A stretch of 64,000 nucleotides of DNA from Octopus sinensis (GCF_006345805.1 NW_021833056.1:1-64000); one strand, 5' to 3'; shown: positions 14,385 through 31,891, numbered from the stretch's first letter. Numbers and translations: made by a program. The notes: generated by a model not told the origin, from the sequence alone.

Positions 14385-16652
14385 GTGTGTGTGTGTGTAT
14401 AGTTATTTATTTCTATTTGTCTTTTTATCTGTATTTATTATGTTTTCGGAATCCTCTATCGTGGTATGTTGGGGTGTGTCTTAGTGCTCCATTTAATTTT
14501 CTATTCAGGCTAGGTTTATTTTCTATTATGTGTGTAGCTTCTGTAATTTGTTTAATTGTTGCATCTGTTCTATGTGTGGACAATATTTTCATTTCTATGT
14601 TATTGATTGATCCCCCGTGTTCCTGTTCGGCGTGTTGGTACAGAATCGATGAGCTTTTACCTTCCTTGAGTTGTCTCCAATGGCCATATATCCGCTCTCC
14701 TATGCTTCTTGCCGTTTCCCCTACGTATATCGTTGTCTTGTTACTGCATCGTCCCTCTATACATCTTATACTATAGACTACATTTCTGGCTTTACAGTTT
14801 GTTTTCGGGCTAAATCTACATACAGTACACTACTTATCCGTACATGGGGTTCTACTAGAAGGATAGGTTCTACCAATTATAGATTTGATAGGGTAGCCTG
14901 GCTTTTCAACAACCTTAATTCTTAGCTTAAGTTTGTCTAGGGTTCTTCTAAAGCGGTACGCCAGTACACCACCAGGGGTGGTGTCAACGAACATGACACT
15001 CTGGTATTTATGGCTATCATACCAAGAATTGGCCTTCTCTATTTTCTTTTTTGTCCTTTCTATAGTGTTCCATGGCTTGTTTCTATAGAGTGGGCAAGTC
15101 CCATTCCTATCATTACATAATATATTATCAAATTTCTTCATGGCTCCTTTGTATACTCTGATCCTTTCTTTATGGCTGTAACATGAGAACTGCATGCGGT
15201 GAATGAAATATTGTATGTGTCTCTTTAACTCTGTGGTCTCGCACATGCGTGACACATTTCTCATTATTCTGACGAGGTCTGCCATCAAAATATTGAATTT
15301 GGCATTGTCCGCAATGGCTGAGTTCCGGTGGATCAAGTATGTTGAGCCCATAGGTTTGGCATAGTATGAATGAAGGATTTGGGTTTTATTAGTCACATTT
15401 TCTAGCAGAGTTCAGTGTCTATTACTGGTAGTCTATGGTTGGGGTGTTTAGTGGGGTAGTCTATTGTGACCTTAATACTCTGGTGGATGGAGTTAGCTAT
15501 TTGCTGGATGCTCTCCATAGTATTAGTTTCTAATACTATATCAACATTGCTCTCTTGTGGGGGTGCCTTTGCCACTATGTTGATATCATCAACATAGCGA
15601 GAGTACATGTTTACGAGTATGGAGTCCTGTGTTGGGCGTTCTTTAAGCCTTCTGTCTCACCATACCATGAAAAGGTTAGCCTCATCACCAGCGATACTAA
15701 CGCCGATGGCTGCCCCCTCGTTCTGGGCATATATTTTATTATTAAACTGAAACGTGTGGCCTTTTAGGGTAACTCTTATACTAGCTCCTGGTGCATGTGC
15801 GATCATTTTCTTTACCTGATGGACATTTGCGGGGCTCCGTATGGCTCTGGTCCATCCGCGCCATCTTTCTATATGTGTCTTCCTAGCCATAGAAGTAATT
15901 GTGGGCGGTCTACATCTTAAACATCTACTGGGGCAGAAACTACTAAGATTATGTTTATCTAAGTATTCATTATTACATGTCAGTCTAAGTAGGACGCCCA
16001 GTTCTTCTGTGTTGACATTACGGAACTCCACCTGGCTCTCGCTGATCATCTCCACGCACTTCTCCACCGCAAGATCTACGTCGATCGATGAGTATAGGGA
16101 TACCACATCCGTGCTACACACCATACATCCTGTCAGGTCACAAGTGTTGTTACAGTCATTGATCCTGCTGAGGAGATCTGCTGTGCTGTCACAAACATCA
16201 GGTGACATCCGGATTATTGGGCGTATGATCATTGAGAGGAAGTAGGAGATTCTGTAATTGCTAGCGATATTCGTTCCACAGACTGGTCTTGTTGGTGGGC
16301 CTGCTATAGGGTCAGTAATTACTTTATGGTCCTTGCGAAGTCCATACAGTGCCGGGATATCACTGTTCCAGGCTTTGAAATTATTTGCTGTACGTTTCTG
16401 GGGTCCCAGAACAATTGTCTACATCATCATGTGGGAGTTGAGGAACTTTTCTCTCTCCTCATGCGCCTGTACAGTTGTTATTCTTGTATTGGCGATATGA
16501 GGTTGCATATATATACATGAACGTATATAAACAGAAGACACAAATAAGATTAAGATTAACGTAAACAATAAAAACACTGAAGAAAATAACACCAAATATA
16601 TAGTGCGTGTGTTTTTATTGGCTAAACTGGCAATATGACCATTCCGAAATAT

Positions 16653-16660
<8 letters not shown>
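14385..16660 (-). mobile_element. Penelope-like element (unit 2), frameshifted
   Basis: ORF pieces 15657-16232, 15402-15608 (YVDD) and 14830-15396; GIY-YIG region at about 14600-14830; right end is an inverted repeat of 13855-13922. Confidence 0.9.
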
Positions 16661-16695
<35 letters not shown>

Positions 16696-16699
16696 TATA

Positions 16700-17672
16700 T
16701 CCATTGTTCTGCCGGATACAGGTTGATTAATTAGCTCTGGGGAGACTCCCCGACCCCTTCGGGTGAATTAGTGTTCATTTGGAGGGCTGCTCCCTTAAGT
16801 AAGCAGTTCAGTGTGTGAAAGACAGTGAAGAAGAGGAAGAAGAAAGTAGTGAGGAAGACAAATTAAGGAATCTGAGCGGCGATAGACAGAGTATTAGAGC
16901 TAAGAGAGAGATTGAGGGTAGTGACAGAGCAGGAGGTTTTGGGCAGTCGGTATTTGGTTGTCAAGGTGAGCGGTTGGATTTAGGAGCGAGGAGTTGGAAT
17001 TCAGGGCAAGCGTTTAGCAAGTTGGAGGTAGCAGTACTAAGAGAGATGAGGTGCAATATGAGATACTGGCTATTCTAGTAGGAACTAAGGTACGTGAATT
17101 GTGTATTGATATGTGAAGAAAAAGAAGGAAGAAGAATCGATGTAAAGAGACTGTTGAAAAGAAATGAGACAGTGAAAAGAGCAATGTGAACTGTGTAAAG
17201 ACATTGTGTACAGAGTTGTTGGAAAGAGAACTGTGTAATGAACATTGAACTGTATAGGTCTTTAAATCCTTTGAACTGTAACTTTAATGTGATTTGAAAC
17301 ACAACTGTTGTCTCCGGACGTGTACTCTTGAAATGCTGTTGTTATTGCATTTGGTGTGTTGTTACCCGGACAGTTTAAATGCTGTGATGTGTTGATTCTG
17401 TTACTTGCTTGTATTTACCTGTTGTATACCTGTTTCTTGCATGTATTTTCTTTGATATGTCTGATGTATTTTACATTGTATTTGATGTTGTAATGATTGT
17501 CATAAACTAGCGTTAAATGTGAGCCAATTGCCTCTGTGTCTCTTCTTCCTGCTGCTGTTGTTGTTGTCTCTCTCTCCTCTCCGAGTTTCCGTGGCGAACA
17601 TTTGCTGCATCAAACGGGCCTGTGTGAGGGATTCCGTAACAACTTTCGTTTGACGGGGGTCCCCTCGTAACA
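16700..17672 (+). mobile_element. Solo-LTR-like element, unit 2 copy
   Basis: Aligns with 3950-4919 and ends GTAACA. Confidence 0.55.
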
Positions 17673-17673
17673 A

Positions 17674-17707
<34 letters not shown>

Positions 17708-17828
17708 TATATTTGTACCGCAAACACTACATTTTCCGTCGAGGGCATATATTTATATGGATTATTTATAATAGACAAAACACGGTGAGCTTTCATAAAC
17801 TTTAAACTTATGAAATATTTTATTTATA

Positions 17829-17872
<44 letters not shown>

Positions 17873-17899
17873 GTATATGCATATACATACACATAAGAT

Positions 17900-18163
17900 G
17901 ACTCCATCTTAGCAGATAGTTGCCGTTTTCTTTTGCTTCCTCTTTGTCAAAGACATTTCTGTGTTTCCATTCATGACCTCTCAGTTGAAATTTAGTCTCT
18001 CTGCCGATCTGCCTCCTTTGAAGCGTAGGTGAGAGACGAAAGTTGTTGTAGCCTACCGTGCGCGTCCATTCTTCCACCACCGTAGGAATTTCAGCAGATG
18101 AAATGCCGAATGTGGTCATCTTAAAGACATAACTGTGCATCATTTGATTATAGTGAGAGGCAC
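17900..18163 (-). CDS. Candidate exon D, unit 2 copy
   Basis: Acceptor at 18163 and alternative donor at 18057 preserved; open frame. Confidence 0.45.
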
Positions 18164-18311
18164 CTGTAGAATACCAGTACCACTCTGAGATTCTGTGACT
18201 AGAAACTAGTGGCAGACCGAACAGAGAGGACTTTTAATCAGGTCAAACAGCAGGTTTTCCATCAGTAGGCACCTCTGATGCAACCAAAAGATCTAGATAT
18301 ATGGTCATACA

Positions 18312-18344
<33 letters not shown>

Positions 18345-18377
18345 TTATACATGTACATATATATATGTGTGTGTGCG

Positions 18378-18428
<51 letters not shown>

Positions 18429-18730
18429 CATATATATATATATATATGTATATATTATATATATATATATGTATGCATGCATGTCTGTATGTATGTATGC
18501 ATGAAAAGAAGCATATAAGGCGTTGTGTCAAAAGAGATGTGGTGAGACGTGAAATCGATTGAGAAAAGCAAATAAAAATGTATACGACGCATAAAAATGA
18601 TTCATAAGTTGGTTGACAGAAGTTAGATCCTGACTGACTGCTTTAACTTGAATGCATTACTTTCATTTCTTTAATTTTCATTAAAAGTTTAATTATTATT
18701 ATTATTATTAACATTATTATTATCATTATA

Positions 18731-18807
<77 letters not shown>

Positions 18808-18812
18808 CATCA

Positions 18813-18843
<31 letters not shown>

Positions 18844-18925
18844 CATCATTATCATTATTATTATCATCATCATTATTATTATTATTATCATCATTATTAT
18901 TATCATTATTATTATTATTATTATT

Positions 18926-19220
18926 CTATGTTTGACTTTTGCTTTATATTTGTACAATTTGCCTCCAAGTCTCACCCAGAGACCTCAAGAGACAACAGGT
19001 TGGAAGTTCATGTTGTTGTTATGTCTAGTGTGCCATATATTTGGGGGGAAGTTTTTGGTGTTGTACTAATGAATGTCGAAAAAAAAAAATTTTTTTTTCT
19101 TTTTTTTTTCTTTTTAAAACCGGAAATTATGTTTGTTGTAAACCTTGAGATTACATAGAAAATATTTTGCGTAGGATATAAGCAGTTCCCATGAGCACTA
19201 TCTTTTGGGTTTTCTGGATT
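18926..19220 (-). mobile_element. Short 3' end of a third RLE-LINE subfamily (fragment X; also 42126-42435)
   Basis: Minus strand reads ALMGTAYILRKIFSM* followed by a 3' UTR and an (AAT)n tail. Confidence 0.7.
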
Positions 19221-19424
19221 TTATTATTATTATTATTATTACTTTTTTTTTTCTTCTTTCAAATTTTCTTCCATTTCTTGCCGAGTGTCTTCCCGACTCC
19301 TAGGGCAAAGAAACTCATAGTGTATATTGGTAGGCCATTAAACCAAACTCAGTAGTTCGTTAATTTTTTTTTTTTTTTTTTTTTAAGTTAAATTAAAATA
19401 AAAATATATGAGCAGCAACAGTTC

Positions 19425-22400
19425 TCACATCGACAATGCTCTTCTCAATACGTGTGATGTACCAGTTAAGACAATCTTTTGCACTTCTTGCAGGGATGGT
19501 AAGCCAGGGATCATTCTCATATAATTTTCGGTTCCCTTCTTGATCATTCCTAGTACTCCTACGATCACTGGTATTGTAACCGCCTTGAGATGCCACATTT
19601 TCTCAATTTCAATGCGTAGGTCTTTATATTTTCTGAGCTTGTCAAACTCTTTCGCTGAGATATTATGATCACAGGGGATGCTGATGTCGATCAATAAGCA
19701 AACTTTATTGTTTTGGTCTTTCACAACAATATCTGGTTTATTGGCCTTGATGGTTCGGTCTGTATGTACTGGAAAGTCCCACAGAATGGTTACATTTTCT
19801 CCTTCAGTTACAGCCTCAGGGTGGTGATTATACCACTTGTCGGCAGTTTTGATATTGTAATGCCGACTTATTAGCCAGTGGAGATATTGGCCAACTCTGT
19901 CATGTCTTAATTTATACTCCACTGGTGCTAAGACTTTACATCCAGAGATTAGGTGGTCCACTGTTTCAATCATGTCGTGTGCAGAATCGGCATTTTGGGT
20001 CTGCTCCATTTTTCATCACATTGGCCTGGTAGTTCCGGGTTAATAGGCTTTGGTCTTGAGCAGCCAGGATGAAACCATCGCTCTCTGCTTTTAGCCCTGA
20101 GCTCCGCAACCACTGATGGGTTTGCTTCTGGTCAACATCAGCTTGTTTGCTGCGGGTCACATATTTGTCGTGCAGAGGTTTCTCCTCCCACCTATCAGCC
20201 AATTGCTCGTGCGCTTTTTTCATTGCCATCATTTTAACCTTCTTTGCAACAATAGTTGCCGTACTTCCCTCGGGTTGTTCAGTTTGGGTATCCTGCACGA
20301 GATCAATAGCAATTTTTTTGCTTTCTTTGATGATAGAATGAAGCTTCTTTCGTCTCTCGTGATTTTCCACGAGCTTTAGCATCCAGTCATTCGATATTTC
20401 GAGATATTTGGCCAGTCCAATTGTGGTTGTTTTGTAAGCTAGTTCAAATCGGATCAGGCCTCGACCTCCTTGGGCTCTGGGAAGGTAAAGGCGATCTACG
20501 TCTGCCTTTGGGTGGTGCATCCTATTACAACTCAGCAGCTTGCGTATTTTTCTATCTATATTCTTTACTTCACTCATATTCCAGTTCAACACATTGTAGC
20601 TATAAGTAACAACTGGAACTGCTAAGGAATTTATAGCTAACACCTTGTTACGTGCATTTAGTTCAGATTTCAGGATTGCACGAACTCTCCTATAACATTT
20701 CTTCCTGATTTTCTCTTTCATGCTTGCATGCTGAATACCAGAGCCTTCATTTATCCCTAAATATTTGTATGTCTGTTCTTGCTCAAGCTCTCTTATGACT
20801 GTGTCAACATCTAACACGACTGAATTTGTGGTCTTCACTTTCCCTTTCTGGAAAGTGGCCTTGGCACATTTCTCAAGTCCAAACTCCATCCCGATGTCAT
20901 CGCTGAATGCTTTCACGGTGCGCAATAGGCCTTCAAGTTCATTATTGTCTTTACCATAAAGTTTTAAGTCATCCATATAAAATAGATGGCTAATTTTTTT
21001 ATTGGCAATTTTATACCTATACCCTGTTCTGTTTAATTCACTTGTAAGTGGTATTAGGGCTATGCAGAATATTAAAGGTGAAAGTGAGTCACCTTGAAAA
21101 ATTCCACAGTTGATGTTTATGTTTTCTGAGGCAAGTACTCCATTAGAGTGGTATAATTGGAGATTCGTATTCCACAACGACATATTGTGCTTCAGGAAGT
21201 TTGAAATCACAGGGGAAATTTTAAAGATGTCCAGCGATCTCAAGATCCATGGATGCGGTATACTGTCGAAGGCCTTTTTATAGTCAATCCATGCGGTGCT
21301 GAGATTTCTGCGCTTGTTGTGACAGTTCTCAAGGATCATACGATTGATTAGCAGTTGATCTTTGCATCCGTAAGAGCCTCGGCGGCACCCTTTTTGTTCA
21401 ATGGGGAAAATATCGTTCTTCTCCATGAATGCATATGTTTTCTCCGCCAGGATAGATGTTAGGATTTTATACGTGGTGGATAGACAGGTTATAGGCCGAT
21501 AGTTTTTTGGAAGGTTGGTTTCGTTATTCTTTGGGAGTAGGTAAGTAATGCCACTTGCTAACCATTCAGATGTTTTCTTTGGGTCTCTCAAAATTCCATT
21601 GAGCAGCTGAACTAGCTTACCGTGTGCGCACAGGAGCGATGCGAGCCAGAAATTCGGCACCCTATCTTTACCGGGAGATTTCCAATTATGGGCCTTCGTG
21701 AGTGCCTTTCTTAGGTCTGCTATTGTGATGTCTTCCCATGCTTGTTGTTGTAAATTTTGGTAGGATCCTTCAGTTTGTATAATCCAGTCTGCATTTATGT
21801 TGTACGTCTTCTTGTCAATCCAAATCCTTTCCCAAAAGTTTTGAACTTCTTCCATGGGAGGGGGGTCCTTCCCTATTTCTCTGTAGAATTTTTTGGCATT
21901 GGATGTGAACAGCTTATTTTGCTTGTAAAACTTGTTTCTCTTCTCAAATCTTCGTATTCTTTGGGCTTTTGCTTGGACTTTTTGTTTCAGCGTTTCTTTT
22001 ATTGATATCAGTTCTTCTCTTGGTGAGGATCCAAATTTTCTCTTCATCTTTCTTCCTGTTCTAGATCTTACATCATTTCCACATATTAGTTCATTTAATA
22101 TTGATATTTCCCCTCTCATAAATTCAATCTCTTTTTCAATTTTACTTCTCCAGGTTTGATTTCTTCCCAGGTTTTGTTTTCTTTGTTTTTTCGGGGGCAT
22201 ACAGCTGGTTTCAATTGCCCTAGCAGAAGCGTAAATAATTTCATTTAACTCAGTAAAATCAGGTTTCAATTCTCGTATTATTTCATTTGTTACATAGTTG
22301 CCAATTTGGATTCGTTTTTTATTTTGGTTTGTATTTGAGAGTTTATGAAGCGGTTCTCTATCATTCATACTTGTATGTCTTACAACTTCAAGCGTATTCA

Positions 22401-23097
22401 GGATTTTCTGCCTCATTTCTGCCATAGACTCTCTGTGTTCTTCAGCAAATGCGAGATCTTCAGTTACTGTTGTTTTTTCGTTTTCCTGGCTATCTTTAAC
22501 AGGTACAATAGAATTTCTTGTATCTTCAGGCCTTTGCGTACTTTGGTCAGATGGCAGTCTTTCAATTAAGCCTCGTGGCGGGCTATACTGTTCATCTGAT
22601 TCTTCATTTCCTTTGTGTCTTATATTTATGTCATTTTCCGTTGCGTGCTTGATCGCACTTATTTCACTGTCTGTGAGTCTGTTATTTCTAAAGATATCCC
22701 TCCTCACATTTGCTAATTTGTTCTCGTCCAAATAGGGCCTACTGTCTTGATTCCGTGTTCTCCATATACTGTAAGAGTTTGCGGTGTGTCTCTCTTGAGA
22801 TGGCCTACCTAATGCATAGTAATAAGCGTATATTACTTCTTTATACTCTTCTCGGGTCCATTTGTTCCGCTTACATTTTTCTTTCTGTGGTGGTTGTGGT
22901 GGTGAACTTGGAGGGCTCGAGTTGGGGGATTTCCCGTTCAAGTGACCATCCATGTCCGTATTCGGAGAAGAGTTTGTGCCAGTTGATGACTTTTCGATCC
23001 CAGGCTGGCTCTTCCCTGGAGGACGCGCTTCCAGATTAACCATAGGACAAGCGATTTGGTATACTGATTTAGTTTTCCTTTTAGTTTCCAAAAACAT
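19425..23097 (-). CDS. Dong/R4-like polyprotein (RT, CCHC knuckle, restriction-like endonuclease), one frameshift near 19970
   Basis: 1043-aa ORF with YRPITCL, IDYKKAFDS, GIFQGDSLSP and YMDD, continuing in the 194-aa ORF with RHDRV and KPDIVV...K..KY; 1-nt insertion GTCGTGTGCAG versus GTCGTTGCAG in other copies. Confidence 0.9.
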
Positions 23098-23935
23098 TTT
23101 GGTGCTACGATAATGTTATCATTTTTTAGCTTTGATTGGCTCGTGGGGAGACGGCCATCATTGCCGTTACAATTATAATCGTACCATTATAGCAGCCGTA
23201 GTCGGCTTATTATTGTTATTATCTTCACCATTACCATCACTATCATCATTATCACCACCATTACCATCATCATCATCATCATCACCATCACCATCACCAC
23301 CATCATCATCAATGATATTGTCTTATGTGTAGTCACAGCAGTATCTTATTATTGTTATTTTTGTTTTTTTATCATTATCACCATCACAGTAGTGTCTGTC
23401 TGTCTCGTTGGCTGACTTGGTGGTTGGCTGGCTGACTGTCTTCAATGCCAGAGTTCTTGCCTGTCAAATAATACTTTCATATTTGGTTAACAATAGAGCC
23501 GAGGTGAGGTTTGTGTGTGTGTGTGTGTGTAGATAGATAGATAGAATATCAGCACTATTACTATCTTTTTTTTTTTTTTTTTTTGGGTAGGGTCAAAAAA
23601 GTTCAGATGTTTACTACTATTAGGCTTAAGAAAAATTAAGGAAGGGATGTTCTGTATTGTTTGTGAATAGAGAAGTTGTGTTCGACCAGAGAGAATCTTA
23701 GCATCATCATTTTTTTTTCCATGTGCGTTTGTGTTATTGCAATAAAAAGTGTTTGTATATTTCGTGTAAGGTAATATTGTGGAGGTTGAAGTTGACTTTT
23801 CTAGAGATGTTTGTATGTCCAGTTAGAAGAACAGGTGTGTTTTTGCAATAAAAAGTATATGTTTACATTTATATTTGAATATTCAGGGAGGAAGCAAAGA
23901 AAAGTCAGATTTTCATAGAAAGTTTTACGGTTTTG

Positions 23936-24267
23936 AAAGTCCACAAAAAGAAAAGCGTGATGTTTTTAGAGAGAAGAAAAAAAAAAAAAAGGATGTTTAC
24001 AGAGGCAATTGTGGGTATCAATGTTTTTAAAGCTGGTCGAATGTATGATTGAAAACTGTAGATATGTAAATTTGTAAATTTTCTTAACTTATTTTGAAGG
24101 GCTGTTCTGTAAGTTAAGAAAAATTTACAAATTTCCATATCTACAGTTTTCAATCATACATTCGACCAGCTTTAAAAAAACTTTGATACCCACAATTGCC
24201 TCTGTAAACATCCTTTTTTTTTTTTTTTCTTCTCTCTAAAAAACATCACGCTTTTCTTTTTGTGGAC

Positions 24268-24270
<3 letters not shown>
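23936..24270. repeat. Near-perfect long palindrome (arms 23936-24091 and 24110-24270, 18-nt loop)
   Basis: AAAGTCCACAAAAAG...AACTTA / TAAGTT...CTTTTTGTGGACTTT with only a few mismatches and indels. Confidence 0.95.
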
Positions 24271-24311
<41 letters not shown>

Positions 24312-24332
24312 TATTATTATTATTATTATTAC

Positions 24333-24382
<50 letters not shown>

Positions 24383-24519
24383 GAGCGGCGAAATCGATTT
24401 TATATTTGATCCTTTCGGGGTTGATAAATTACATCGGGGTCGATGTAATCATCTAGTCCCCACCACCAAAATTAGGAAAAAAACAGTCCATTTGTATTTA
24501 GAAGTAAGGATTATTATTT

Positions 24520-25440
24520 CCTCTACGCACAACAGATTAAACTGGAACAAGAAAAGTTCCTAACATTGGGCTACAGCAAGTAACCTTATATGCGAAAAAC
24601 CTTCCTAAGTATCCTAGCTGTCCCTAATAACACGGTTTCCTGGAGCTGTACTAAAGTAGGTTTTACGCCTAGTTTTTCTATTTCTTTGTGAAACCCTTAG
24701 GGATAATTCGTAATGCACTTATAGATACAGGGATACATTTTATCCACACATTTCCTAGCCTCTATAACTGAATGGCTAGACCCTGGTACTTTGCTATTTT
24801 CTGTATAGTTTCCATATTGATTTTCTCATCATTTGGGATTGTAAAGTCAATTACCTGACACTTTCCTTTCTCTTAGGCTACTACTTCTAAATGAGGCTTT
24901 GTAGCTTCTATTAATCTCTCGGCCTGAATAATAAAATCCCACTATGTCTTATATTTTTTCTTATTTTCTCGCACTTTACTAGATTCATATTTATAACACT
25001 TATCAGTATGGTCAATTTCTAGCTATCTACATAACTTCCTCTGGATTATTCTACACAACTTATCATGAGTAGTTCTTTACCCTTTGATTTACTTAACCTG
25101 CTTTGTTAATCTGCCTGATTTTCTTCTATCCTGGCTTTTATCCAAATAGTCCTCAATATCAAACCTTGTGTTATTACTAGCAACACTTTTGTTTCCCTTT
25201 TCAGTCTTGCTTTGTGAATCCACAGCTGTTTCATTATTATTTTCTTCTGAGATTATCTTTGGAGATCTACCGTGCAAAGCCTTCTCTTGCCAGTCAGATA
25301 ATCTTACTTCATTTTTTTAAAAAGTCTTTAACCCCTTTGGTCTTTTGGTTTCCCTATCTCCTACTGTTACACTTGAGGCTCTTTATAAAATTTCATTATT
25401 GTAACCTGCATATGAGGCTATATTTACTATAGCTAACTTT
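24520..25440 (-). mobile_element. Old, heavily decayed RLE-LINE relic (also about 42620-43570)
   Basis: Minus-strand fragments resemble the RLE C-terminus (..CQVIDFTIPNDEKINM..IAKYQGLA..) with many stops. Confidence 0.55.
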
Positions 25441-25499
25441 TCAGAGTCGTGTTGTTGTTGTTCTTCTTCTTGTGGCCACCCAAGATTTCTTATGTCCGC

Positions 25500-26250
25500 C
25501 CGATAGATTTTATCTTCCTCCATTACTATTATATATTCGAGGAGCCTTAAATTTTAAAGATTTACCAACTGGGAATCGAAATGGTGAAGTATTTGAAACA
25601 TTATCGAAGACAGCAGAAAAATATACTTTACGTAGTTATGATGGTAAGTGAATGAGATGTCTAGAAGAATCTGCAGGTATTGATGTTTCGCCAATCTTAA
25701 CTGAGGCGAAGCTATGCATAGCTATATGCAGTTGACGCGCTTAAATACCCTGTAGAACTGTATCAGCTGATTGAAAGTACATTCATTGAAGATATTAACG
25801 AAGCTACTTTGAAATTTCCTTTAACATTTCATACAGGGAATAGATTTGATATTGTGATTGCATGGTGTTAGTTGTACCACATTAGGCTTACCAGACCCGG
25901 TTCTTAATTTTCATTCTAATGTTCAAACGGATATTTTGGAGGACCGAACTTACTTTGAGGAGGGAATCAAAAGACTTCATTTCAGACAAATAGTTGTTTG
26001 AGAGAATAGTTGATGCCATTTAGAGTGAGGAAGCATTCTTTTCGTTTCACTTGCATCTTGTAGGTCGGGGAGAAAACTATGTTTACAATAACAAAGAATA
26101 GTATCAAGGGGAACTGTCTGTGATTATGCTGAAAAAGTAGATTTGTCTCGCCATGTGAGAAATAAATTCGTGAAATGAAAACCCATTCTTCTTAACTGTT
26201 ACCAGTAAATATTTCTGCTGTATAAAGAAGATGGTTGCACTCTTCTATAA
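25500..26250 (+). mobile_element. Decayed Helitron RepHel fragment (partial copy at about 43570-44040)
   Basis: NGEVFET...MRCLEESAG, YPVELYQLIES, LGLPDP and a degenerate GSGKTYVYN-like Walker A; the similarity is judged by eye. Confidence 0.45.
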
Positions 26251-26583
26251 TTATTGCTCATGTTCTATTTAGTAAACTCTTCAGGGGTCTGAGGTTTCGT
26301 TCTCACATTATAATACTCCAAACGTTCATCACCAGAATATGAGGTGGAATTCACGTGGATTTTGTTCATTTAACAACTCCACTGGAAAATTTATAGCTCA
26401 TCTTCCTCATTCAAATGATCATCATCTTGATCATGATAATCTTCACAATGCCCCTCCAGCTCATCATATTCGTTACGATCATCATCAAAATCTTTTTCTC
26501 AGCATATAGCTAGCAAATTTATTTCTAAGCCCTTATTATAATTACACGAACACACACATATATTATATCTATCTGTCTATCAC

Positions 26584-26704
<121 letters not shown>

Positions 26705-26779
26705 GTAAGCCTATATCTACCTATCTATCTATCTATCTATCTTTCTATCTATCTATCTATTTATCGATCTATATAGCTA

Positions 26780-26822
<43 letters not shown>

Positions 26823-26950
26823 TTATCTTTATATATACCTATCTTATCTACCTATGTATCTTATCAATCTATCTAGCTGATGTGTCTTATTTATCTATCT
26901 ATCTATCTTATCTATCTATCTATTTATCTATCTATCTGTATGTATATATG

Positions 26951-26990
<40 letters not shown>

Positions 26991-27062
26991 TTTTTTGATT
27001 TTGATTTTTCCAGTTTCAGCTAATGAGCTGTGGCCATGCTGGGGCACCGCCATATATATATA

Positions 27063-27284
27063 AAATCAGTAGACCCATGCAGTTGCATAGTGGTACCCGC
27101 GGGAGCGGAAAAGACCACCCGGAAGACCACCACCACGGTGGAGTTACGATTTCAGGATGACGATTGGGATCACGTGGATGTGAAAGGCGCGATCCAGAGA
27201 GGAATTAACAGCGTGCTGTGACCAGCGATGTCAAGTGGACGCCTGACGGACTGGTCGGTCAAGTGATCAACTGAAGTGATATAA

Positions 27285-27285
<1 letters not shown>
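27063..27285 (+). mobile_element. RTE-type LINE 3' fragment (also about 44690-44900)
   Basis: WYPR..KRPPGRPPPRWS C-terminal motif. Confidence 0.7.
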
Positions 27286-27328
<43 letters not shown>

Positions 27329-27556
27329 CATATATATATATATATTTAACCGCTGGTAGCGGAGATTTTTTTCTAGAATTTTTTGCTACACTTATATTTA
27401 TTAATATATATATATATACGCCCACATATACATATGTATGTATAATATACTTATACGTATATATAATATAAAGCTGAGGTTGATGATGATGATGATGATG
27501 ATTGTTTACCACCACATTGCAGTACTGCGTCGATGTCATTGCATTAAAATTCTGAT

Positions 27557-30899
<3,343 letters not shown>

Positions 30900-31118
30900 C
30901 TTGGAAATTTAAATAAAAGAAAACTGGTTGTATACATACATACATACACATAGTCATATATGTATACATATGTACGTGTGTATATATATATGTGTGTGTG
31001 TGTGTTTGTGTATGTGCGTGTGTATTGTATGTATGCATATACAAAAATGCATTGCATACGTATATATTTATTTATATATTTATATATATATGCATACATA
31101 CATATATAATACACACAA

Positions 31119-31204
<86 letters not shown>

Positions 31205-31891
31205 GTATGTATGATGTAAGTTTACGTATAATATAACAAATAGCAAAACAGTAAAAAAAAAGGGTATCGGGTCATATTATTGCATGAGAGGCAAACATGG
31301 GGTGGGTTTAAGTGCCTTCGAAACAAAACTGGATATCCTCCAGTCAAAATACCAGGTCCTTGCCACTGAAGTACAGATGCTTGGGAGAGGGCAGATATAG
31401 ATAGGTAGCTCGACCCCAGTACGCAACTGGTGCTTAATTTATCGACCCTGAAAGGATGAAAGGCAAAGTCGACCTCGGCCAAATTTGAACTCAGAACGCA
31501 AAGACAGACGAAATGACGCTAAGCATTTAGCCCGGCGTGTTAACGTTTCTGCCAGCTCACAGCCTTTGGAGCTTCAATAAATTAAATGACAAATGTGTTC
31601 ATCTTAATGAGATATCTGTGCGTCATTGGAATGTAGTGATAGACAGTTGTACAACACGAGTACTACTCTGAGTCTCTGTGACTAGAACCTAGTGCAGACC
31701 GAATCTAGATGAACAATGATTATGTGAAATAGCAGGTTTTACATCAGAACGCACTTCTCCTAAAAAGTACTGTGACAACAGCGAGCGTTGCGTCCTTGAG
31801 CAAGACATTTTATTTCACGTTGCTTCAGTCCATTGAAATGGCAAACATACATACATACATACACACATACATACATACATATATACATATA

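Larger units (their letters stand above)
19243..24270 (-). mobile_element. Apparently full-length R4/Dong-like non-LTR retrotransposon (copy B)
   Basis: Whole segment is absent from the unit 3 equivalent and is bounded by (ATT)n on both sides; it contains a single long RT-ZnF-RLE ORF and about 1.1 kb of upstream sequence. Confidence 0.9.
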
